A stretch of DNA of 64,000 nucleotides from a virus (taxonomy: Duplodnaviria > Caudoviricetes). The first letter of the stretch is position 1. Every line of letters starts with the position of its first letter. The notes below the pieces were generated by a model. It made no database searches and was not told the DNA's origin. It saw only the letters and a program-made list of their open reading frames with translations. Of this stretch, positions 46,995 to 57,555 are shown piece by piece. A program made the position numbers and the translations under genes. The stretch covers positions 32,001-96,000 of IMG/VR virus record IMGVR_UViG_2693430034_000001. One strand, 5' to 3'.

Positions 46995-47381
46995 ATGACC
47001 GACCCGAGACACAAGCCGGTCCGCATCGTCAGTGAGGCCGAGTTTGCCGAGCGCATGCAGCTGGTGCTGAGCGGCGGCCTCGAGAACATCGGTGCCGTCA
47101 CTGGCCCTGGACGGTCTGGCGCAGTTGCCGCGGTATATGCCTCGCACATCCTTGGCATCCCGTTCATCCCCTACGGAATGCGCTGCCCGGAGCAATTTCA
47201 ATTGCTGATTGTTGATACCGCCCGCGAGAGCGGACGGACACTCCGAAAGGCTGCCAAACGCTATGATTATGCTAATCCTGTGGTTGTTGTCGCGTTTGAA
47301 GAGCCGCCGCGCGTAGCCTTTTGGTACGAGGCGCCGAAGCCGCAACGATACCGCCACGAACTTCAAAAGGTGGCGGCATGA
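46995..47381 (+). CDS. Phosphoribosyltransferase-fold protein
   Basis: GPGRSGAVAA and PRPP-loop-like LLIVDTARESGRTL. Confidence 0.65.
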   Translation: MTDPRHKPVRIVSEAEFAERMQLVLSGGLENIGAVTGPGRSGAVAAVYASHILGIPFIPYGMRCPEQFQLLIVDTARESGRTLRKAAKRYDYANPVVVVAFEEPPRVAFWYEAPKPQRYRHELQKVAA

Positions 47382-47671
47382 AGCCGAAGCTGTTGGCGCT
47401 GATCGCAGCTTTCCTCTTGACCGGCTGTAACGATGACAACCTTCCCGAACCGCGCCAGGTCTGCACGGTCATCACCGGCACCTACAGCTGCGGAAAGGGT
47501 GGCACCTGTCAGCGATGCGGACAGTGGGAAATAGGATGCCCCAGGCCGTTGGAGCTTCGACAAGTTCCAACCGGAGCCTACGACAAGGGAGATCCGCGAC
47601 TCGTCTGCCGAATGAAGGAAACCAAAGATGTTTCGTCATCGACGCCGCTGGTGGAGACACCCTTGCGATAA
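47378..47671 (+). CDS. Lipoprotein
   Basis: MKPKLLALIAAFLLTGC lipobox, Cys-rich. Confidence 0.55.
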   Translation: MKPKLLALIAAFLLTGCNDDNLPEPRQVCTVITGTYSCGKGGTCQRCGQWEIGCPRPLELRQVPTGAYDKGDPRLVCRMKETKDVSSSTPLVETPLR

Positions 47672-47846
47672 GGGTGAGCCGGCACAACGCGCCCTGGGCG
47701 CTGCATTCCGCTTCCTACTTGAGACTAAAACCTGGAAGCGGCACCACGAGCCGTTCTCCAAAACGAAACGTGGCCGGCAACGGCGGAGCGAACGGCGCTT
47801 CGTCCTCGATAGCAAAAGGCTGGTCCAGGCATGAGTACGCCACGAG

Positions 47847-48569
47847 ATGAACTTGAACACACGCTTGGCTTTATCCGAACCCATTTCGATTGCCCCCACT
47901 GCAACTTCGACTTCGACGAAGAGGGCGACAAGTCCAGTGAGGTCATCGAGTGTCCTGCTTGCCAGGAAAAATTCTGGTGCCGAGAGGTTCGATAGCGCCT
48001 CTCTGGTCAAGCGTGGCAATGCCTGGACGGTCGCTGAGATCGAGATCATGCGGCGCAACCGGCACCTCAGGACATCTGAGCTGCAGAAACTGCTGCCGCC
48101 TCACCGATCGAGATTGTCCATCCAGGGCAAGCGCGACAGAGCGGAAGGCCTCGGCTACCGCCGGCTTCCGTGGAAGTCCGGAGAGGACGAGGAACTCAGA
48201 CGGGCAGCTCCGACCAAGGGCGCCACTGCGATCCATCACATACTGCCGCACCGGTCGCCATGGGAAATCAACCTGCGCGCAAAGGCTCTCGGCATCTCGC
48301 TATTCAACTATCACGAAAAGCCGCTCGCCATCATCGGCGAACACCTGGCGGATTCGATCCGGCAGCGCGCCAGGGAAGACGGCTTGTCTATCCGCGGTCT
48401 CGACTGCGAGCTGGGCACCGGAGGCTACTTCACCAATGTGGCAGCACATCGGGCCAGACGAGGATCTGGTCCGTACATGCCCGCCATTCGCAAGGCCATA
48501 GCGTTCTTTGAGGCTGAGCTTGTAACCGGTCCTGACGGGACCATCACCATCAACTGGAAAGATGAATAA
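47847..48569 (+). CDS. DNA-binding protein with Myb-like repeats
   Basis: WTVAEIEIMR...HRS and WKSGEDEELR...HRS repeats. Confidence 0.6.
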   Translation: MNLNTRLALSEPISIAPTATSTSTKRATSPVRSSSVLLARKNSGAERFDSASLVKRGNAWTVAEIEIMRRNRHLRTSELQKLLPPHRSRLSIQGKRDRAEGLGYRRLPWKSGEDEELRRAAPTKGATAIHHILPHRSPWEINLRAKALGISLFNYHEKPLAIIGEHLADSIRQRAREDGLSIRGLDCELGTGGYFTNVAAHRARRGSGPYMPAIRKAIAFFEAELVTGPDGTITINWKDE

Positions 48570-49550
48570 CCATGACGACAAAGACCCGACGAAAGTTTCG
48601 CCGATCCACCTCCACCCTCGCCGACCTGTTCGACACCAGGTTGGACGATTCGATCATCCTGGCCGACATGCGAGAGCGGGTGAGGCTCTTCGGCACCACG
48701 TCGCTGCGATTTGCGTGATGACCGCGATAACATTCAGGAACCACGTCATCGGCCGGGTCGATAATCCCTTCCTCATCCTGGACAGCGGTATCGAGGTACA
48801 CGGACCTGACCATGATACACTGCGGGCTCACGCCGCTGACGCCATGATGAAGGCGATCACCTCGGACGACAAGAGCGGATGGCCTCGGGGCCGATGGATC
48901 ACCTTCGAAATCGAAGGCCATCAGTTCAAGGCCAAGATGCATCGCAACGACATCTGGGTGCAGACCCGATGAGCGACACCGACGAACAAGCCGGCAAGCC
49001 TGTGCTCCACGCCAGGCTCAACGGCACCACGTTGCGAGCGAAGTGGCCAGGGAAACGCTGGCACGGCGCTTACAAGAACATCGACGAGCTATGCGACGCT
49101 GTTCACAAAGATGGGCTTGAGTCCTTCGTCATCGACTACGTCGACAACGAAGACTGAGCCGATGGGGAGATGCTTGATGAGGTCTCCCCGACCAATAAGA
49201 AAAGTTGGCGACCGGGAGCATCCGGACTCGGCCCCTAATCTGCAAACTTTATCACTGATAGGACTACGATCTTGAGACTTCTTTGTTGGCTATTGGGAAC
49301 CAACAACAATCAAAATAACAGGGACTTGTATGCACATCATAACCTTCTGCGGGTTCACGACGTGGATCCGCACAATGAACCCGCGTGACAGACCGCGAGT
49401 ATCAGCGGCACTTTCCCGCTCAGGGATTTGACAATTTGACTTGACGCAGCGTTTGCTTGAATGCAAAAGCTGACACGCCATCGAGACGCGGCGCCGAGAT
49501 AACGGTTCCGCGCCTCACCAAGGGAAAGCCATGCCTACCGGCATGTTTGA

Positions 49551-51032
49551 ATGCAAACGGAGATGCAAATGTTCTACCTGGTTCGGTTGGACCGCGATGG
49601 CAGCGGCGAACTCATCGAGACTCCGCTTCCGGATTACGGCACCTTCGAAAAGGGTGCTGATGCTGCCAAGGCCTCCAAGGTAGCAGCAACGGTCCTCAAT
49701 GGCGCCAAGGTCCAGTGCCGCCGTATTGCGCAGGCCGGCGACTGGCGAGCCGCCATGCTCAAGCGTTTCGAGACCGGCGAGCTGACGCCACTCCCCGCAA
49801 AGTGGGATCTGGAACCGATCGCGGACCACTTCGCCCACGTCAGCAAGATTGATGCGAGCACCATCGGATTCATCGACAGCGAAGAGAACGGGATCATCAA
49901 CAAGGCTACGTCGATCACACCCGGTCGCTATCTCACCCGCTTCTATCCGAATGTTGATGACAACAAGCGCCGGCACCTGATCGCCGCCATCGATCCGAGC
50001 GGTGAAATCTTCTTCGCATCCGAGCCGGACGACATTGCCTACGTCTATGAGAACGGACCCGAGTCCTGCATGGACGGCAAGCACTCGTTTGATGACCTGC
50101 CTTGCTGGCCCACCGAGCCCTACGCAGCGGGCGATCTGGTTGTCGCCTACACCAAGAACAAGGACGGCAGGATCCAGTCCCGTTGCGTCTGCTGGCCGGA
50201 GAAGAAGTTGTTCGGTCGCGTCTATGGCGATGCCCAGCGCATGCAGGCTGCCATGATCGCTGAAGGATACACCTGGTTGCGGGATGACAATTCCGCCGAT
50301 GGGAACAAAAAGCTTCAGGTCTTCGTCGGAGCCAAGCTGCTGAAGATCCGGGCCGGTCGCAGGGATAACGGCGAGTTCGTGATGCCGTATTTTGACGACA
50401 TCAAGGTCGCGATCGACAAGGGCGACCACTTCGTCACTGCGCTTCAGGCAGAACCTGGAGACCTGTTCGTCGCCAGCGGAAGTTCATCTGAAGGTGTTGC
50501 TCACATGCAGCGCGTCTGTCCGCGAAACAAGGTGCCGGTCAAGGCTTCTGACACGTACTTTGTCCACGGCGTCAACGAAGAGTGGTGTCAGGCGGCGATC
50601 CGCAGCGATGCCTTCGCCTGCGGCGGCAACGGCAAGTATTACCCACACGAGTTCAAGGTGATCATGGGCAGCGGCATTCCGTGGTCCAAGGAGCACTTCG
50701 AACAACACGGCGAGCACTGCTCCTACACCAGGAAGAACTGGCCGAAGAACGACATGCTGCAGTTCGGTGACAAGCGGGTGCATTCCAGTCTCGCCTATCG
50801 TTTCAACGATAAGGGCGAAGAGCTGGAGGCGCAGCTCCAGGCTCCAATCATCGAGTCGTCGTTTGCCAAATGGGGCATCGACTACGCCAGTGTCGAGAAG
50901 GATCTGGTGCGGGATAGCCGCCACTTCCGGAACCTGCACCTGCAGGAGTGGCCCGCGGAACGGGATCCGCATGGTGCGGATGATCGCTTCGATGCCACTG
51001 CTCTCGCCCTCCGCAGCCGCAGCGCCGCTTAA
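49551..51032 (+). CDS. Conserved phage protein
   Basis: PGRYLTRFY...VYENGPESCM...GRVYGD...MPYFD. Confidence 0.75.
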   Translation: MQTEMQMFYLVRLDRDGSGELIETPLPDYGTFEKGADAAKASKVAATVLNGAKVQCRRIAQAGDWRAAMLKRFETGELTPLPAKWDLEPIADHFAHVSKIDASTIGFIDSEENGIINKATSITPGRYLTRFYPNVDDNKRRHLIAAIDPSGEIFFASEPDDIAYVYENGPESCMDGKHSFDDLPCWPTEPYAAGDLVVAYTKNKDGRIQSRCVCWPEKKLFGRVYGDAQRMQAAMIAEGYTWLRDDNSADGNKKLQVFVGAKLLKIRAGRRDNGEFVMPYFDDIKVAIDKGDHFVTALQAEPGDLFVASGSSSEGVAHMQRVCPRNKVPVKASDTYFVHGVNEEWCQAAIRSDAFACGGNGKYYPHEFKVIMGSGIPWSKEHFEQHGEHCSYTRKNWPKNDMLQFGDKRVHSSLAYRFNDKGEELEAQLQAPIIESSFAKWGIDYASVEKDLVRDSRHFRNLHLQEWPAERDPHGADDRFDATALALRSRSAA

Positions 51033-51041
51033 GGAAAACTC

Positions 51042-52010
51042 ATGACTGATCTCGAAACCATCATCGCCATGCTTTCTCACCGCCGGCCAGCCGGATCGGC
51101 GACCGAGATGGCCTTCATCAAGAAGTTCATCATGCCGCTCGGCGCCAAGATGGACAAGCACGGCAACTGGTGCCTGTCGATCGGCGACAATCCGACTGTG
51201 TTGTGGTCGTCGCACACCGACAGCGTCCACCACAAGGAAGGTTACCAGAAGGTCGATTTCGACGGGAAGTTCATCACGCTCTCCGTCAACTCGAAATCTA
51301 ACTGTCTGGGAGCGGACTGCGCGGCGGGCGTCTGGATCATGACGGAGATGATCAAGGCGAAGGTACCTGGACTCTACATCTTCCACTTCGCCGAGGAAGT
51401 TGGGTGCGTTGGCTCGTCCGCCATCGCAGAGAAGGAACCCGGTCGTCTCGTCAACATCGAGGCAGCCATCGCGTTCGACCGCCGGGGCATCGACCAGGTT
51501 ATCACCCATCAGCGTCAGCGCACCTGCTCGGACACGTTCGGCAACTCTCTCGCCGCCCAGCTGCCGAGCCGGTTCAAGATCTGCGACAAGGGTATCCTGA
51601 CCGACACCAAGCAGTACCGCCGCCTGGTGCCGGAATGCTCGAACCTGTCGGTTGGCTACTACAACGAGCACCAGCCACACGAGGCGCTCGATGTCGGTCA
51701 TCTGATCGAGCTGAGGAACTACATGGTCAAGATCGACCAGTCCAAGTTCGTGATCGAGCGCGACCCTTTGGGCGAGATCCTGCTGCCGACCAAAAAGAAG
51801 AGCCATGGTGGACTGGCTTTTGGTAGCGGACGCCGCAAGCCTGAGACGCTGCGTGATCTCGTTTACTGGAACGCAACCGACGTCGCCCTCTTCCTGGAGA
51901 ATATGGGCGTCACCTACGACCAGCTATTCGATGCCATCCGTAAATCGCAACGTCCACTCACCATCGCAGACATCCTCGATCAGCCAGACCTGATCGAACA
52001 CGTCGCCTGA
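51042..52010 (+). CDS. Zn-dependent M20/M28-family peptidase
   Basis: SHTDSVH, GADCAAG, EEVG, AFDRRG, NLSVGYYNEH. Confidence 0.85.
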   Translation: MTDLETIIAMLSHRRPAGSATEMAFIKKFIMPLGAKMDKHGNWCLSIGDNPTVLWSSHTDSVHHKEGYQKVDFDGKFITLSVNSKSNCLGADCAAGVWIMTEMIKAKVPGLYIFHFAEEVGCVGSSAIAEKEPGRLVNIEAAIAFDRRGIDQVITHQRQRTCSDTFGNSLAAQLPSRFKICDKGILTDTKQYRRLVPECSNLSVGYYNEHQPHEALDVGHLIELRNYMVKIDQSKFVIERDPLGEILLPTKKKSHGGLAFGSGRRKPETLRDLVYWNATDVALFLENMGVTYDQLFDAIRKSQRPLTIADILDQPDLIEHVA

Positions 52011-52038
52011 TCCATCACATAACAACAGGAAATTATCC

Positions 52039-54159
52039 ATGAAGCTTGGAATGAAGCAGCACGCCCACACCGCAACCGGCGTCAAGAAGGAAATCAAGGT
52101 CGCGTTCGAGACCAACGCGGTTGCCTTCTACGCCACCTTCTCCGGCCTGGCGTCGGACAAGATCGGCTATCCGGTACGTGAACTTTGCACCAATGCCTGG
52201 GATGCTGCCCGTGGGAATTTCGAAGTTCATCTGCCGACCTATCTCAACCCCGTGTTCAAGGTTCGTGACTTCGGAACCGGCATGTCCGAGTTCGACATGG
52301 AGAACGTCTATGCCAAGCCGTACGCCTCCAAGAAGCGTGAGAGCAACGACCAGGTCGGCGGCTGGGGCATTGGCTCCAAGAGCCCGTATGCCTATCTGAT
52401 CGGCGATACCGGCGCCGGCAGCTACAACGTCACTTCCTACTTCGAAGGCGTGATGCGCTGCTACGTGATGTCGCTCGCTGACGACGGCATGCCGAAGATG
52501 GAATTGCTGTTCGAAGGTCCGTCCGACCAGCCGGCCGGCATGGAAGTGTCGTTCGCGGTCAACAAGTCCGACATCAACACCTTCCGGGACCGGGCTCACC
52601 AGATCCTCTGGTCGTTCAATCCCCGTCCGACCATCCTGCCGGCGATCGAGTGGGACGAGCCGGTCATCGAGAGCCAGGGCGATAAGTGGATCAAGTACAA
52701 GAAGGGATCGGTTCCCTTCTACGGTCCGCGGGTCCGCATGGGCTGCGTGATGTATCCGATCACGCTCAACAAGATCGAGACCAGCGGCTTCCTGGACAGC
52801 AGCGATACCGTTCTGTTCGACGCGCCGATCGGGTCGCTCAAGGTGACCCTGTCGCGTGAGGATATCGCTTACGACGAGACCACCATCACGACGCTGAAGT
52901 CGTTGATCTCGGAATACGAAAACACGTTCATCGAGCAGGTTCGCCTCAAGGTGACCGAGGCCAACTCCCTGTTCGAGGCGTGCAGCATCTTCGAGGACGA
53001 GACCAACACGCTCGGCTCGACCCGGCAGGCCTCCCTTCGCCGTCTGGTGAAGTGGGAAGGTCACAACCTGAGCGAATACGTCAGCAAGGAGGACTGCAAG
53101 GTCGAGTGCCTGTCCGAAGGCTGGACCTCGTTCGATAAGTTCGAGGACGGTCAGGCTCGCACCAAATGGGCGGCAGACGCCACGGTCGTCATCGAGCACA
53201 ACCCGAGCTACTCGTTCGGCCGGTTCCAGATGGCAGAACTGGTCGGCAAGAAGGTGCTTTGGGTGCGCTGCAAGCGGATCGTCCGCGACCAGGTTCTCTA
53301 TCGTCTCGGCAATCCTGAAGTCATCGACCTCGACAGCTTCAAGGTGCCGGTGTCGAAGCGGACCAGCAAGACCATCCGCAAGCGCAAGACCTTGATGGTC
53401 CTGAGCGGTGGCCGCGTTCAGCGTATCACCCAGGACGTCGATCTCGCTGAAGGCGGTTACATGGTGGAAGCCACTCCGACCTATGGAGGTCGACGGCGGC
53501 GTGGTGGCGGCGACAGCTTGAGGCTCACAAGCGACGGCGTGTCGATGCAGTTCAGCGATGCTGAAAGCGTCATCATGACGGCGGTCGAGTTCGGCCTGAT
53601 CGAGGTTGGTCAGGTCATCCTGGTCAAGGACTACGACAAGGAGGTTTCGGGCGACTGGAACTTCATTGCCGACGATCTGCTCGATGCCTTGCGGGATCGC
53701 GTTGACGTCTCGGAGTTCACCGGCCTGCACCACAAGACGCTCGGGCATCTGAACCACCAGCTTCATGACCTGGCTAAGATGGCTGTCTTCGTAAAGGCGC
53801 CGGACGATGTCCGGCAGTTCCAGGCCGACTTGTCGGCTCTGCATGTCGCGTTGGACAACAACTCCACCGCGTCCACGCAGACCGACAAGGCGTTCTCGGC
53901 GCTGCGGAAGCTTGGCGTTCAGATCAACAAGCCGGACGTGGTCTGCCCGATCGGCGAGATCGAGAAGCGTTACGAAGCGCTTTGCGAACGGTATCTGCTG
54001 CTCCGATCGATCAACGAGGAAAATGGCTACTACCACTCCCATCGCCAGGCAACGAAGGTTCTCAAGCTGAACCACTACTTCGCCCTCCTGGCCCGACCGG
54101 AAGTGGCGAATGACAACAACGACGTCGAGGAAGAATTGGTCCTCAACGAAGCCGCCTGA
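52039..54159 (+). CDS. rIIA: rIIA-like protein (GHKL ATPase N-domain)
   Basis: VRELCTNAWDA, VRDFGTGM, GGWGIGSKSPYAY. Confidence 0.85.
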   Translation: MKLGMKQHAHTATGVKKEIKVAFETNAVAFYATFSGLASDKIGYPVRELCTNAWDAARGNFEVHLPTYLNPVFKVRDFGTGMSEFDMENVYAKPYASKKRESNDQVGGWGIGSKSPYAYLIGDTGAGSYNVTSYFEGVMRCYVMSLADDGMPKMELLFEGPSDQPAGMEVSFAVNKSDINTFRDRAHQILWSFNPRPTILPAIEWDEPVIESQGDKWIKYKKGSVPFYGPRVRMGCVMYPITLNKIETSGFLDSSDTVLFDAPIGSLKVTLSREDIAYDETTITTLKSLISEYENTFIEQVRLKVTEANSLFEACSIFEDETNTLGSTRQASLRRLVKWEGHNLSEYVSKEDCKVECLSEGWTSFDKFEDGQARTKWAADATVVIEHNPSYSFGRFQMAELVGKKVLWVRCKRIVRDQVLYRLGNPEVIDLDSFKVPVSKRTSKTIRKRKTLMVLSGGRVQRITQDVDLAEGGYMVEATPTYGGRRRRGGGDSLRLTSDGVSMQFSDAESVIMTAVEFGLIEVGQVILVKDYDKEVSGDWNFIADDLLDALRDRVDVSEFTGLHHKTLGHLNHQLHDLAKMAVFVKAPDDVRQFQADLSALHVALDNNSTASTQTDKAFSALRKLGVQINKPDVVCPIGEIEKRYEALCERYLLLRSINEENGYYHSHRQATKVLKLNHYFALLARPEVANDNNDVEEELVLNEAA

Positions 54160-54179
54160 TTACCGAACCGGAGAGCAAC

Positions 54180-54644
54180 ATGATCGCCAGTGTGATCACT
54201 GACACTTCTATCTTCTTCATCGCCAGCGGCCGTCCTTGGACTCTTGCGGTCGACCACCCGGCGTTTGCCGTGGTGAAGGCGCGTCTCACTGAGGGGTGCG
54301 ACAACGAAGAAGAGCTGGTCCGCCTGACGGACGTGCGAGCGGCAGTGGACCACGCGACCGAGGGACGGGCCGTCCTCAGTGAGGATGGCCTGTTCCTCGA
54401 CGGCGAGCAATTGCCTCCAGCATGGGAGCATAAGGCGGCGGCAGAACCTTCCGCCATGCGTGTCCTGATCGTGAGCCCGGGAGATCGGGTTCGCGTTGAG
54501 GGCGACGATGATGCGCCAGACGGCGAATACACCGTTGGCGACGTCGACAATGACGACACAGACAAGCGCGTGATGGTCGAGTCTGAGGACGGGTATCTCG
54601 GGTTCGTCGCCAACGCATCCATCAAAGAAATCATCAAGGATTAA
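54180..54644 (+). CDS. Short rIIB-N-terminus-like protein with SH3/KOW-like tail
   Basis: Follows rIIA; DHPAFAVVKARL...GLFLDGEQLP resembles the rIIB N-region. Confidence 0.5.
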   Translation: MIASVITDTSIFFIASGRPWTLAVDHPAFAVVKARLTEGCDNEEELVRLTDVRAAVDHATEGRAVLSEDGLFLDGEQLPPAWEHKAAAEPSAMRVLIVSPGDRVRVEGDDDAPDGEYTVGDVDNDDTDKRVMVESEDGYLGFVANASIKEIIKD

Positions 54645-54650
54645 GCCACC

Positions 54651-56666
54651 ATGGACTTCTGCAAGTTCAAGAATGCCGTCGCTCTCCAGTTCAAGAAAAT
54701 GGGCAACGGCGGCCTGTTCTGTACCGCCGTCGAGAAGGATGACCTCTGGTCTACCTATCTCTCCGGCTTCCCGGCCGGAACCAACCCGATGTTCCGGGAG
54801 CGCACCGAGCATGACTGCAGCTGCTGCCGCCAGTTCATCCGCGCGGTCGGTAACGTCGTGTCGATCGAGAACGGCAAGGTCGTGACGATCTGGGACGGCG
54901 CTGTCGGCGACCCGACCTATCAGGTTGTGGCTGACGCGATGGCAAAGCTGGTCCGCTCGAAGTCGATCGAGAACGAGTTCCTGCACACCGAATCAACGGC
55001 CGGCGCCGACAAGACCCTCGAATCGATCGAAGAGTTTGTGCGTTCCTGGGATCACTTCTTCGTCCGTCTTCCGGCCGGCGTTGTTGCCCGTGGCGAGCTG
55101 ATCGGCCCGCAGCTGTCCGGTACCCGAGCCCTTCACGACGTCCTGCTCCGCAGCATCAACGAGCTGTCAATGGACGCCGTCGACACCGTTCTGGATCTGA
55201 TCAAGCAAAATTCGCTGTACCGCGGCAGCGAGCACAAGTTCGCCGTCGAGACCTTCCGCAAGGTCAAGCTGGAAGCCTCCGAGCTGACCGATCTCGACCG
55301 GGATGTGTTCGTCTGGTCGAAGGTCAAGACCATGCCCGGCTCCGTCGCCAAGATCCGCAACACCTCGATCGGCCAGCTGCTGGTAGACCTGTCGAATGGT
55401 CTGGAGCTGGAGAATGCGATCGGCAGGTTCGAGGCCATGGTTGCTCCCCAGAACTACAAGCGCGCCACTGCGCTGGTCACTCCGGCCATGATCAACAAGG
55501 CCAAAGCGACGATTGAGGAGCTGGGGCTGGCTTCGGCTCTGGAGCGCCGCTACGCCAGAAATACAGACGTCACCGTCAACAACATCCTGTTCGCCGATCG
55601 GGCGGCCCGGAAGGCTCTGGGCGGCGACGTGTTCGACAGCATCCCAACCAAAAAGCCTTCGGCCAGGAAGCTCGACAAGGTCGAGGATGTGACCATCGAA
55701 AAGTTCATCTCGGACATCGTACCCAACGCGGACTCGATCGAGGTGATGTTCGAGAACCGGCACCTCAACAACCTGGTCAGCCTGATCGCACCGGTCGACC
55801 CGGCCGCGGTGCCGCTGTTCAAATGGGATAACGGTTTCTCCTGGTCCTACAACGGAGACCTTGCGGACTCGATCCGGGAGCGGGTCAAGAAGGCGGGCGG
55901 CAACGTCAGCGGCGACCTGTGCTGCCGACTGGCCTGGTCGAACCATGACGACCTGGACTTCCACATGGTGGAGCCGGACGGGCACGAGATCTACTTTCGC
56001 AACAAGGGTCTGCAGTCACGGCTCGGCGGCATGCTCGATGTCGACATGAATGCCGGCGGCGGCACGACGCGGACGCCGGTCGAGAACATCTTCTACCGGT
56101 CCCGGACGACGATGCGGGAAGGCGTTTACACGCTCTACGTCAACAACTTCTCCAAGCGCGAGAGCGTGGACGTCGGCTTCGAGGTTGAGATCGACTGGCT
56201 GGGTCAGGTCACCCGCTTCGCCCACGAGAAGGCGGTCCGTGACAAGCAGAAGATCATGGTCGCCAAGCTCAAATACTCGAAGGCCAAGGGCATCGAAATC
56301 ATCGAGTCCCTGCCCTCGACCCAGGCAAGCAAGACCGTGTGGCAGCTCCCCACCCAAGACTTCCACAAGGTCGACCTGCTGATGCTCTCCCCGAACTACT
56401 GGGACGGACGGGGTGTCGGCAACAAGCACTACTTCTTCATGATGCGCGGTTGCCAGAACGACGGTCAGGCACGCGGCTTCTTCAATGAGTTCCTCAGGGA
56501 AGAGCTGGATCAGCATCGCAAGGTCATCGAGATCGTCGGATCGAAGATGAAGGCTGAAAGTTCGGCCGACCAGATCAGCGGCCTCGGGTTCTCAAGCACA
56601 CAGCGCAACGAGATCCTAGCCAAAGTGAAGGGCAATTTCACCCGTACCGTCAAAGTCACGTTCTAA
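54651..56666 (+). CDS. Large conserved phage protein with YfaP/DUF2135-like domain
   Basis: HDCSCCRQF; LAWSNHDDLDFH...GGMLDVDMNAGG...PVENI. Confidence 0.75.
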   Translation: MDFCKFKNAVALQFKKMGNGGLFCTAVEKDDLWSTYLSGFPAGTNPMFRERTEHDCSCCRQFIRAVGNVVSIENGKVVTIWDGAVGDPTYQVVADAMAKLVRSKSIENEFLHTESTAGADKTLESIEEFVRSWDHFFVRLPAGVVARGELIGPQLSGTRALHDVLLRSINELSMDAVDTVLDLIKQNSLYRGSEHKFAVETFRKVKLEASELTDLDRDVFVWSKVKTMPGSVAKIRNTSIGQLLVDLSNGLELENAIGRFEAMVAPQNYKRATALVTPAMINKAKATIEELGLASALERRYARNTDVTVNNILFADRAARKALGGDVFDSIPTKKPSARKLDKVEDVTIEKFISDIVPNADSIEVMFENRHLNNLVSLIAPVDPAAVPLFKWDNGFSWSYNGDLADSIRERVKKAGGNVSGDLCCRLAWSNHDDLDFHMVEPDGHEIYFRNKGLQSRLGGMLDVDMNAGGGTTRTPVENIFYRSRTTMREGVYTLYVNNFSKRESVDVGFEVEIDWLGQVTRFAHEKAVRDKQKIMVAKLKYSKAKGIEIIESLPSTQASKTVWQLPTQDFHKVDLLMLSPNYWDGRGVGNKHYFFMMRGCQNDGQARGFFNEFLREELDQHRKVIEIVGSKMKAESSADQISGLGFSSTQRNEILAKVKGNFTRTVKVTF

Positions 56667-56677
56667 GGAAGGACAAC

Positions 56678-57070
56678 ATGTTCGAGAAAGCAACACGAGA
56701 GAAGCTTCGCTTCGATACCCAGGTCGGCCCGCTGTCGGTCGAGGATCTGTGGGATCTTTCGCTGACCAGCGAGAAGAAAGTCAACTTGAACGACATCGCC
56801 AAGGTGCTGTTCAAGCAGCTGGAAAACGGCGACGACGTTTCGTTCGTCGATACCGCCAAGAAGACCGACAAGACCGTCCAGCTCAGGTTCGACATCGTCA
56901 AACACATCATCGATGTCAAGCTGGCCGAGAACACCGAGAAGGTTGCCGCCCGCGGCAAGGCTGAGCGTCTGGACAAGATCAACCAGGCTATCGCCCGCCG
57001 GCAGGATCTGAACCTCGAGAACCTGTCTCTCGAAGAGCTGGAAGCGGCCAAGGCCGACCTCACCACCTGA
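56678..57070 (+). CDS. Conserved phage protein
   Basis: MFEKATREKLRF...LSVEDLWDL. Confidence 0.75.
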   Translation: MFEKATREKLRFDTQVGPLSVEDLWDLSLTSEKKVNLNDIAKVLFKQLENGDDVSFVDTAKKTDKTVQLRFDIVKHIIDVKLAENTEKVAARGKAERLDKINQAIARRQDLNLENLSLEELEAAKADLTT

Positions 57071-57132
57071 TGCGAGCCGGCCGGGTGGCTTCGTGCTGCC
57101 CGGCCCCTTGCTTGAATGCAAAGGAAATCGAA

Positions 57133-57432
57133 ATGCCCGACCTGAAAGTAGCTGTCGAGTCCTTCTTCGAAGGGTGCAGGCAGATCAGCGACAAGCACAT
57201 GGATGCCAACTACCCCAAGCTCGCCAAGCCGGTGTTCGAGCTGGAAGAGCTGATCGTCCGTTATCGCATCAAGCGTGACGGCAGCGCATTCGCCTTCGTC
57301 GACAAGAAGACCGGCGACGTTCTCAAGGCTGCAGGCTGGTCGACCCCGGCCAAGCACGCTCGCGGAAATGTCTTCGACGAGCACAACGGCTTGAAGCAGA
57401 TCGGCCCGTACGGCCCGGCCTACCTGAGGTGA
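57133..57432 (+). CDS. Conserved phage protein
   Basis: AFVDKKTGDVLKAAGWSTPAKHARGNV. Confidence 0.75.
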   Translation: MPDLKVAVESFFEGCRQISDKHMDANYPKLAKPVFELEELIVRYRIKRDGSAFAFVDKKTGDVLKAAGWSTPAKHARGNVFDEHNGLKQIGPYGPAYLR

Positions 57433-57555
57433 TGAACATGGTGCGGCATGCAGGCCTATACACACCACCTCAGCAATACCTGGGTGACGCAATCCGCCTG
57501 GCCTACGACATGAAGGTGATCGAGCACGCAATAGCCCGAGGGGAAGGACGGATCG

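Noticed and set aside
49170-49205. Hammerhead ribozyme (TTGATGAG...GAAA)
   Set aside because: The core lacks CUGANGA and the helices do not fit hammerhead topology
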